32,000 bases of DNA, taken from assembly GCF_024345375.1 (NCBI RefSeq), contig NZ_JAGQAZ010000001.1, forward strand, positions 870,661-902,660, read 5' to 3'. Source of the DNA: Cyanobium sp. WAJ14-Wanaka (GTDB taxonomy: Bacteria > Cyanobacteriota > Cyanobacteriia > PCC-6307 > Cyanobiaceae). Shown here in pieces: positions 25,179-32,000 of the stretch (positions are counted from its first letter, which is position 1; each line of letters begins with the position of its first letter). Below the pieces are notes generated by a model. It worked only from the letters and a program-made list of their open reading frames with translations. It searched no databases and was not told the origin of the DNA. A program made the position numbers and the translations under genes.

Positions 25179-26447
25179 ATGAGCTGGCATCCCCACCTCT
25201 GGCACCCCACCACCCAGGTGGCGGTGGCCCCCGAACCCCTGCGGGTGTTGGGGGCTAGGGGCTGCCTACTGGAACTGGAGGACGGCCGTCGCCTGATCGA
25301 TGCGATCAGCAGCTGGTGGGTGACCCTGCACGGCCACGCCGAACCGAGCATCGCCGCCGCCATCGGCCGCCAGGCCCTGGAGCTGGAGCAGGTGATCTTC
25401 GCCAACTTCAGCCATGGCCCCGCCGAGCAGCTGGCCACCCGCCTGGCCGCCCTCACCGGGCTGAACCGGCTGTTCTTCTCCGACAACGGCTCCACCGCCG
25501 TGGAGGTGGCCCTCAAGATCGCCTGGCAGTGGTGGCGCAACCAGGGCAGCGACCGGCGCCAGTTGATCGCCTTTGAGGGGGCATACCACGGCGACACCTT
25601 CGGGGCGATGGCCCTGGGTGACCGCTCGATCTTCACCGACCCCTACGACGCCCTCCTATTTGATGTAGCGCGAATCCCCTGGCCCCACACCCATTGGGGT
25701 GACGAAAACCTCGAACAGCGCGAGGCCGAATCCCTGCGCCAGCTTGAGATCGCCCTGCAAACCCCCACGGCGGCCCTGATCGTGGAACCCCTGATCCAGG
25801 GGGCCTCCGGCATGCGCATGGTGCGCGCCAGCTTCCTAAGGGAGGTGCAAAAGCTCCTAAAAGCCAGTGGTGCCCTACTAATTGCCGATGAGGTAATGGC
25901 GGGCTTTGGCCGCACCGGCTCCCTATTTGCCAGCCAGAGGGCTGCCCTCCAGCCCGACCTAATGGCCCTCTCCAAGGGGCTCACCGGGGGGTTCCTGCCG
26001 ATGGGGGCAACCATGGCCAGTGAGCGGCTCTACCAGGGCTTCATTAGCGAAAACCCCAGCCACACCTTTTTTCACGGCCATAGCTTCACCGCCAACCCCC
26101 TCGGTTGCGCCGCAGCCCTGGCCAGCCTCGATTTACTCCAGCAAAATCCGGAGCGCTTCCAGCAATTTGAGGCCCGCCACATTCCCCAACTGGAGCAACT
26201 AAGCCTCCATAGCCAGGTGGCTCGGGTGCGCTGCCTGGGCACCATGGCCGCCTTTGAACTGGAATCGGGAGCCAACAGCTACCTAAACCCGGTGGGGCGC
26301 CTGATCCAGCGGCTTTGCCTGGAGAAGGGGGTATTCCTCAGGCCCCTCGGGAATGTGGTGTATCTGCTGCCACCCCTGGGGATCAGCGACAGCCAACTGC
26401 AGCAGTGCTACGGCGCCCTGGAATGGGCCATCAGCCAGCTGCCCTAA
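25179..26447 (+). CDS. bioA: Adenosylmethionine-8-amino-7-oxononanoate aminotransferase
   Basis: HLWHPTTQ..., SSWWVTLHGHAEPSI, ADEVMAGFGRTGSLFA, and the PLP-lysine context DLMALSKGLTGGFLPMGA. The protein is 422 aa. Confidence 0.92.
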   Translation: MSWHPHLWHPTTQVAVAPEPLRVLGARGCLLELEDGRRLIDAISSWWVTLHGHAEPSIAAAIGRQALELEQVIFANFSHGPAEQLATRLAALTGLNRLFFSDNGSTAVEVALKIAWQWWRNQGSDRRQLIAFEGAYHGDTFGAMALGDRSIFTDPYDALLFDVARIPWPHTHWGDENLEQREAESLRQLEIALQTPTAALIVEPLIQGASGMRMVRASFLREVQKLLKASGALLIADEVMAGFGRTGSLFASQRAALQPDLMALSKGLTGGFLPMGATMASERLYQGFISENPSHTFFHGHSFTANPLGCAAALASLDLLQQNPERFQQFEARHIPQLEQLSLHSQVARVRCLGTMAAFELESGANSYLNPVGRLIQRLCLEKGVFLRPLGNVVYLLPPLGISDSQLQQCYGALEWAISQLP

Positions 26448-26467
26448 CAGGGCCCATCGACCTGGAT

Positions 26468-26881
26468 TTAGCCCGGCAAGATAACCCGATCAATCACGTG
26501 CACCACGCCGTTTTCGCAGGCGATGTCCGCCGTGAGCACGGTGGCATTTTTGATCTCAAAGGGTTCATCGCCAGCGCCACCGCGTCGGATCGGAATTGGA
26601 GCTCCCTCGAGGCTGGTCCACTCGGCCTGGGCCACAATTTCGGCCCGCAAAAAGAAGCCGGACAGCACGTGGTATTTGAGAATTCGGGCCAGCTGGGGTG
26701 GGTTGTCCACCAGGGTTTGCACCGTGCCCGGGGGCAGGGCCGCAAAGGCATCATCCACGGGCGCAAACACCGTGAAGGGCCCAGGGCCCTCTAGGGCAGA
26801 GCGAAGCCCCGCCGCATCCACGGCTGCAAGCAAAGTATTAAAAACACCTGCACCCTTAGCGGTCTCGAGAATGGTGGCCAT
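26468..26881 (-). CDS. Single-FAS1 (fasciclin) domain protein, no signal peptide
   Basis: [24 protein letters not shown] and [13 protein letters not shown] are the H1/YH/H2 fasciclin motifs. The start is 20 nt after the chpX stop. Confidence 0.88.
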   Translation of the reverse strand: MATILETAKGAGVFNTLLAAVDAAGLRSALEGPGPFTVFAPVDDAFAALPPGTVQTLVDNPPQLARILKYHVLSGFFLRAEIVAQAEWTSLEGAPIPIRRGGAGDEPFEIKNATVLTADIACENGVVHVIDRVILPG

Positions 26882-26901
26882 GGGAATCCTGGATTTAAGA
26901 G

Positions 26902-28179
26902 CTAGCGATAATCTTGGCTTTGGATATCAGTGAGGCGAGCTTCTGGCCGCAGGAAACGATCCATTTGGGCCTCAAAAAAGCGACGGTTAGCCATCAAGTG
27001 CTCGGGATCGGAATCTTCCAAGGGATAGAAAAGGGCGGCCCGCAGGGCCTGGATTACGGCCGAGGTCACGTTGTACATCGAGCGCTGGAAGGTAATTCCC
27101 AGCTGCACCAGCTGATCCCCCTCCCCCCGCCGATGCTGGCCATAGAGCTCCTTCAGGTAGGGGGGCAGAAAATGGAGCATGTCCTGCATTAGCAGGGTCG
27201 GTGGGATTCCGGCCGAACCCACCGGATAGACATCTGCATACAAAATTCCGTAGTGGAAATCCGCCTGATCGGCTGGAACCTGCCCCGCCTGGGCGTTGTA
27301 GCTCTTGGTGCCCCTGAAGGGGGAAGTGCGATAGAAAACCGCCTCCACGTAGGGAAGGGCAGCCTCATAGAGCCAGGTAAAACCCTCACTCTTAGGGATG
27401 ATTTCAAAACATTCACCACCAATGAATACATGGTGATAGATGGGCCTGCCGGCCACTGCAAAAATGCCATTTACCAGAAAATCCATGGCCTCGGGCACGC
27501 TTGTTAGCTTGCCTTCGTCGTAGAGGTCACTCATTTCAAAGAAAACCGGCGCCATCACCTCCCAGAACAATCCCAAATTGGCGTAAAAAGAAAGTTGTCG
27601 CACCTTCTCCATAAACATTTCCGGAAAAAGCCTATGGAGACCAAGCATCAAGGGATTGCCCTTGAAATAGGCTTTGATGGCCCGGTCGGCATTGGCCCTA
27701 TAGGCCTCACTATCTAGATAGTCGTTGAATCGGCCACCCATGCCCTGGTGCCAAAACATGGCCTGCATGCAGGCCTCCGCAAACTCCATGTTGACCCGGT
27801 CGTGCCACAGGTGATGCAGCAGTTTTGGCATCGCCTTGGTTTCGCCCTTATCCATGAAGGCCAGCAGCTCTGGATGGGCCTTTTCACCACCGCGCCATAT
27901 GCGCAGCTGGGATTGGTCGCCCCCATAGCTATTGGGTAGGTCCAGATACTTCTGGGAGATGAAATACTTAAAGGCAGGTAGGGGATTTAGGAAAACCTTC
28001 TCGGCGATGTAGAGCAAATCACGCCAATAAAAATCCATCGGCACCGCATAGGCCTTGTAGATGCCGATGATTTGCTGGAGATTTTCAGGCGTATCCGGCA
28101 GCATCGAACCGCCCGCCTCCAAGCGGTGAATCACCTCGGCGAAGGGGTGGGTTGAGGCGGGAATGGGGGTGGGGGGCAT
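26902..28179 (-). CDS. chpX: CO2 hydration protein of the NDH-1 CO2-uptake complex (ChpX/CupB type by operon context; ChpY/CupA not excluded)
   Basis: [20 protein letters not shown]..., and conserved His/Cys-rich blocks ([23 protein letters not shown]). It lies immediately downstream of the ndhF/ndhD paralogues. Confidence 0.9.
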   Translation of the reverse strand: MPPTPIPASTHPFAEVIHRLEAGGSMLPDTPENLQQIIGIYKAYAVPMDFYWRDLLYIAEKVFLNPLPAFKYFISQKYLDLPNSYGGDQSQLRIWRGGEKAHPELLAFMDKGETKAMPKLLHHLWHDRVNMEFAEACMQAMFWHQGMGGRFNDYLDSEAYRANADRAIKAYFKGNPLMLGLHRLFPEMFMEKVRQLSFYANLGLFWEVMAPVFFEMSDLYDEGKLTSVPEAMDFLVNGIFAVAGRPIYHHVFIGGECFEIIPKSEGFTWLYEAALPYVEAVFYRTSPFRGTKSYNAQAGQVPADQADFHYGILYADVYPVGSAGIPPTLLMQDMLHFLPPYLKELYGQHRRGEGDQLVQLGITFQRSMYNVTSAVIQALRAALFYPLEDSDPEHLMANRRFFEAQMDRFLRPEARLTDIQSQDYR

Positions 28180-28205
28180 GGCTGTGGGTGGGTATGGCTG
28201 TTGGT

Positions 28206-29684
28206 TTACAAGAACGGTTGGGAATGCAAAGCCAGGGCCGCCGTGGCGGTTTCACTCCAGCCAGTCAGTGCGGTGGGCCAAATACCGGCCAATAACACAG
28301 CAGCCGTAAGGGTTAGGGATGGCAGGCGTTCAACCCAGGTGGTGCTGGCCCAATCGGCCCGGTCGCTGTCGAGTCGGCCAAAGCCCACCCGGTTGAACAG
28401 GCGCACCGCGTAAACGGCCGTGAGCACCGAAGCGGCCAGGCAGGTGAGGGTGGGCAGGGGAAAGGTCGACCAACTGCCCTCAAAAACCAGCAGTTCGGCC
28501 ACAAACCCCGCCAAGCCAGGCACACCAGCCGCGGCCATCAGGGCCAACAGCATCAGGCCCAGGGTGAAGGGCAAACCGCGCTGGGGATTGAGCAAACCGG
28601 AGAGCTCCGGAATGGCGGTGGTGCCTGTCTTGCGCTCGATCAACCCCACCAGGGAGAAGAGCAGGGCAATGATCAGACCATGGGCCAACATCTGGGCCAC
28701 CACGCCCTGGAGGCTCAAGGGGGTGGCCGCCGCCAGGGCCAGCACCAAAAAGCCCATGTGGCTCAGGGAGCTGTAGGCCACCAGCCGCCGCATGTCGAGC
28801 TGGGAAATGGCGTTGAGGGCTCCGTAGATGGCGGTGATTGCCCCCACTGCGGCAATCCAAGGCGACCAGGCCTGCCAGGTTTCGGGCAGAAACTCCAGGC
28901 CAAAACGCAGCAGGCCATAGGCCCCCAGCTTGGAAACGGCGCCACTCATCAACATCGCCACCGGCGTGGGGGCCTGGCTGTAGGTGGCTGGCTGCCAGCC
29001 ATGCAGGGGCACCACGGGGAGCTTCAGGCCAAAGGCCAGCAGCACCAGGGCCATGATCCAGCGCTGGGTGCCGAGGGCCAGGGGGCTTTCCCCGTGGGTG
29101 ATGGCGGCCAGATCCGCGAAGGCAAAGCTGGGGCCACCGGCCTGGCTCCAGCCAAGGGCAAGCACGGCAGCCACCAGCGCCACGCCGGAAACGGCCCCAT
29201 AGGTAAGGAAGCGAATCGCTGCCCCCGCCCGCTTCTCGCCGCCAAAGCTGGCCACCAGCAGGGTGGTGGGGATCAAGATCAGCTCATAGGCGATCACAAA
29301 CAGCAGGGCGTTGCGGGCCAAAAATGCACCCACCAGCCCCAGGTTGGTGGCCAACATCAGGGCGAAATAGAGCCGCGGCCGTCCCTGATCGACCGGGCTG
29401 GAAAGCACCGCCATGGCCGTGAGCAGGGCGGTGAGCAGCACCAAGGGCATAGAAAGGCCATCCAGGCCCAGGTCGAGGGAGAGCCCCAGCCGCGGCAACC
29501 AGGCCTGGCTGAAGTTCAGTTCAGCCCCAGACAAGCCGATGGCACAGGCGATCGCCGTGGCCAATTGCACGGCCGCCGCCACCAGGGCCGCAGGCCGTGC
29601 CCAGGCCGGTGCCAAAAGGGGAATGGCGATGCCGCCCAGCAGGGGGAAGGCCAACAAAACCAATAGGAGCAGCGGGTTCATCAA
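28206..29684 (-). CDS. ndhD4: NDH-1 subunit D paralogue (NuoM family), CO2-uptake type
   Basis: A 492-aa polytopic NuoM/NdhD-like sequence. It has a 4-nt overlap with the upstream ndhF paralogue, followed by chpX. The D4 assignment rests on gene order. Confidence 0.88.
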   Translation of the reverse strand: MMNPLLLLVLLAFPLLGGIAIPLLAPAWARPAALVAAAVQLATAIACAIGLSGAELNFSQAWLPRLGLSLDLGLDGLSMPLVLLTALLTAMAVLSSPVDQGRPRLYFALMLATNLGLVGAFLARNALLFVIAYELILIPTTLLVASFGGEKRAGAAIRFLTYGAVSGVALVAAVLALGWSQAGGPSFAFADLAAITHGESPLALGTQRWIMALVLLAFGLKLPVVPLHGWQPATYSQAPTPVAMLMSGAVSKLGAYGLLRFGLEFLPETWQAWSPWIAAVGAITAIYGALNAISQLDMRRLVAYSSLSHMGFLVLALAAATPLSLQGVVAQMLAHGLIIALLFSLVGLIERKTGTTAIPELSGLLNPQRGLPFTLGLMLLALMAAAGVPGLAGFVAELLVFEGSWSTFPLPTLTCLAASVLTAVYAVRLFNRVGFGRLDSDRADWASTTWVERLPSLTLTAAVLLAGIWPTALTGWSETATAALALHSQPFL

Positions 29685-31600
29685 TTCACCCCAGCCAGCG
29701 AAACAAAGCTGGTGCGGGCCAACAACCAGGTGGCCATCAACAGCACCCCAACCACCAGGGAGAGGGCATAGGCCTGGGACCTACCCGATGTGGTGAGGCT
29801 TAGGCGCCTGGCACTGGCCATCGCCGAAGCTCCCGCCTGGCCACTGAAGCCATCCACCAGCCGCTCATCCGACCAGGCACTCCAACGGGCCAGGGTCACC
29901 ACCAAGCCCACCACGGTGCGCTGGTAGAAGCGCTCGGTTTGCATGTCGGCCGAAAGCCAATCCTGGAGGCCCCCCAGGGCAGAGGGTAGGTGGGTCAGGG
30001 GGTGGGGCCTGAGATAGAAAAACGCCGAAGATCCCCCACCCACCAGGGTTGTGGCCACCAGCGGCCAGCCCAGGGGGCCCCAGCCCAGCAGGGGGCCGCC
30101 CGCGAAGACACCGTTGAGGCTCAACAGGGGGGGCAGGTGCAGCACTAGGCCCATCAACAGGGTGGTGGGGAGTGCCATCAGCCAAAGCACCTCGGCCGAG
30201 CGAACCGTGAAGGGCTTGGGATCCCCGCCCCAGATCAGACAAAAGACCCGAATCAAACCTGCACTGATCAGGGCGTTGGTCAGCAGTACCAGGCCCCCCA
30301 GCAGCCAGGGCTGGGCACTGGCCTGGGTGAGCACGAGCAATTCGCGCAGGGCCGCAAAACCACCAAAGGGGGGTAGGCCCATCAGGCCGGCGGCGCCGGT
30401 CAGGAAGGCCAGCCCCATCAGGGGGCGCCGGCTCCAGAGACCGCCCAGCTGGGTGAGGTCTTGGCTGACATTGCTGATCACCACTGTGCCCACGGCCATC
30501 AGCAACAGGGCCATCGGCAACGGATAGACCAGCAACAGGTGATCTGCCACAGCAGTGCCGCCCAGGCCCACCGCCACAAACAGCAGGCCCAGCCAGCTGC
30601 TCACCAAAAAGGAAAGGGCCCGCTTCACATCGGTTTGGGCCAAGGCAATCAGGGAGGCGACCACCGCCGTGGATCCGCCCACGGCCACCAAAACGATCTG
30701 CACCAGGGGGCTCAGGGCCAGCAGGGGCTGGAGGCGCAGCAGCACCCAAGCTCCGCCCAAGACCACCACGGAATTGCGCAACACCGTGGAGGGCAGGGGG
30801 CTTTCCATCGCCTCATCCAGCCAGAGGTGCAGGGGGATTTGGGCGCACTTTCCAAGGGGGCCCGCCACCAGGGCCAAGAGGATCAAGCTGAGGCTCCAGG
30901 GCAGGGCCGCCCCTTCCCCATGGGCCTGCTGGTAACCCTGGGCCCAGTCAGCCAAATCGTGGAAGTTCCAGCTACCGGTTACGGGCAGCAGCGCCACCAG
31001 GCCGGCCAGCAAAACCAAATCGCCAATTCGCTTTGTCAGGAAGGCATCGCGGGCCCCTTTCACCACCAAGGACTGGTTGAACCAGGTACCCACCACCAGG
31101 TAGGTGCCCAGGGTTAGGAGCTCCAGCAGCACGTAGCTAAAAAACAGCGAGTCCGTGAGCACCAGGGCGCACAAACCTGCCTCAAAAAAGCTGAGGCAAC
31201 CAAAGAAACGGGGCCAACCCCAGTCCATTTCCAGATAGCCAATCGCATAGATCTGGGTGAGCACATGCAGGCCCGTGATCACGGTCATCGCGATCAGGGC
31301 AGGCTCGGTGATCAGGCCATCGAAGCCCAGGCGCAATCCAGCCGTTGAAAGCCATACCCAGCCAAAGCGGATTGGAGCGTATACAGCCTCAGCCCCCGCC
31401 GCCGAATTGGTATGCAGCGCAATTAGGGCAAGCACGCTGTGGCCAAAGGCCACCAGCACCATCGAAAGGTTGATGTAGCCGCAGGGGCGGGGGCCCGTGC
31501 GGGTAATTATCCCTGGCGACCAGAGCAGCGATAACACCGCTGCCAAAAGGGGGTACAGCGGCACCAACCAGGCCGTCTGCAGGAAGGCAGCGGTCATCAA
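29681..31600 (-). CDS. ndhF4: NDH-1 subunit F paralogue (NuoL family), CO2-uptake type
   Basis: A 639-aa polytopic NuoL/NdhF-like sequence, first gene of the ndhF-ndhD-chp cluster. The F4 assignment rests on gene order. Confidence 0.88.
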   Translation of the reverse strand: MMTAAFLQTAWLVPLYPLLAAVLSLLWSPGIITRTGPRPCGYINLSMVLVAFGHSVLALIALHTNSAAGAEAVYAPIRFGWVWLSTAGLRLGFDGLITEPALIAMTVITGLHVLTQIYAIGYLEMDWGWPRFFGCLSFFEAGLCALVLTDSLFFSYVLLELLTLGTYLVVGTWFNQSLVVKGARDAFLTKRIGDLVLLAGLVALLPVTGSWNFHDLADWAQGYQQAHGEGAALPWSLSLILLALVAGPLGKCAQIPLHLWLDEAMESPLPSTVLRNSVVVLGGAWVLLRLQPLLALSPLVQIVLVAVGGSTAVVASLIALAQTDVKRALSFLVSSWLGLLFVAVGLGGTAVADHLLLVYPLPMALLLMAVGTVVISNVSQDLTQLGGLWSRRPLMGLAFLTGAAGLMGLPPFGGFAALRELLVLTQASAQPWLLGGLVLLTNALISAGLIRVFCLIWGGDPKPFTVRSAEVLWLMALPTTLLMGLVLHLPPLLSLNGVFAGGPLLGWGPLGWPLVATTLVGGGSSAFFYLRPHPLTHLPSALGGLQDWLSADMQTERFYQRTVVGLVVTLARWSAWSDERLVDGFSGQAGASAMASARRLSLTTSGRSQAYALSLVVGVLLMATWLLARTSFVSLAGVN

Positions 31601-31703
31601 TTAGATAAGAAAGGGTGGCCGCGAACCATAGGGACCAATGGCCCACAACTGGCGACTTTTGGGCAATCGAGCTGCCTATGGGATCAACAAGAAATGGTGA
31701 TGG

Positions 31704-32000
31704 CTAGCTCCAGCCCATCAGCCGCGCCCCCTGCACGAAGGCAAAGCTGGTGCCCCAGGCCAATAGCAGCGACCACAGCACAGAAAATGTGGTGAATTTG
31801 GCACTCTTTGATTCACTTCGAATCACCGCCACCGTTGACAGGCAAGGGGTATAGAGCAGGGTAAACAACATAAAACTAATCGCTTGAACCCAGGTGACAT
31901 CAGCCGCAATCGCATTGCCAAGGGCAATTGGATCGGCCTGGCTGTAGATCACCGCCAAACCTCCCAGCACAATCTCCTTGGCAATAAAGCCAAACACCAG
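31704..32000 (-). CDS. feoB: Ferrous iron transporter FeoB, 3' end only (gene continues beyond the window)
   Basis: FIAKEIVLGGLAVIY...FMLFTLLYTPCLSTVAVIRSESKSAKFTTFSV matches the C-terminal gate/TM region of FeoB. The frame is open to the window edge. Confidence 0.78.
   Translation of the reverse strand: MVFGFIAKEIVLGGLAVIYSQADPIALGNAIAADVTWVQAISFMLFTLLYTPCLSTVAVIRSESKSAKFTTFSVLWSLLLAWGTSFAFVQGARLMGWS

Noticed and set aside
26902-28179. Lower G+C of chpX relative to ndhD4/ndhF4 as a sign of horizontal transfer
   Set aside because: The protein is rich in Phe/Tyr/Lys/Met/Asn codons and highly conserved. Amino-acid composition explains the shift without invoking transfer.
28680-31117. Long ORFs on both strands within ndhD4/ndhF4 (28680-29666 +, 29865-30749 -, 30461-31117 +)
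   Set aside because: All overlap polytopic NuoM/NuoL-type frames. Their translations are Gly/Gln/His/Pro-rich without hydrophobic structure, so they are shadow ORFs.
31601-31703. Possible NdhR/CcmR (ATAG-n8-CTAT) operator upstream of ndhF4
   Set aside because: ATAG and CTAT elements are present but about 45 nt apart, not the reported 8-nt spacing. No convincing site.

Overview
This window looks like a chromosomal segment of a high-GC picocyanobacterium (Synechococcus/Cyanobium-like). That origin is inferred from the gene content (DPOR chlN-chlB-chlL, ndhF4-ndhD4-chpX) and from at least five HIP1 octamers (GCGATCGC at 400, 9440, 18992, 20259, 29548). All calls come from reading the supplied ORF translations and the raw sequence; no database search was run.

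The left two thirds and the right third are ordinary core genes:
- RND efflux pump (5' partial)
- chlL, chlB and chlN
- an RCK-gated K+ channel homologue
- an SNase-like nuclease
- an RRM/glycine-rich RNA-binding protein
- a delta-9-type desaturase
- an APH-like/P-loop kinase fusion followed by a 2OG-Fe(II) oxygenase
- a minimal SepF-domain protein
- an FAD oxidoreductase
- an ArsR regulator with CaCA and CPA2 cation antiporters
- bioA
- a fasciclin-domain protein
- the NDH-1 CO2-uptake genes
- the feoB 3' end

The accessory part is about 16.4-21.7 kb and is visibly AT-richer. It holds four intact type II toxin-antitoxin pairs (MNT/HepT, two Phd/VapC, DUF433/DUF5615) and at least two decayed ones. 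It has no integrase, transposase or tRNA.

The most unusual content lies inside this island:
- a 25-codon, 8-cysteine metallothionein-like micro-ORF
- a convergent pair of uncharacterised genes: a small single-TM protein and a secreted protein with three C-x10-C repeats
- a 93%-identical direct duplication of the junction of that pair, bracketing one Phd/VapC cassette

No CRISPR array, rRNA or tRNA was seen. Many long ORFs in the track are antisense or off-frame shadows typical of GC-rich DNA, and I rejected them.
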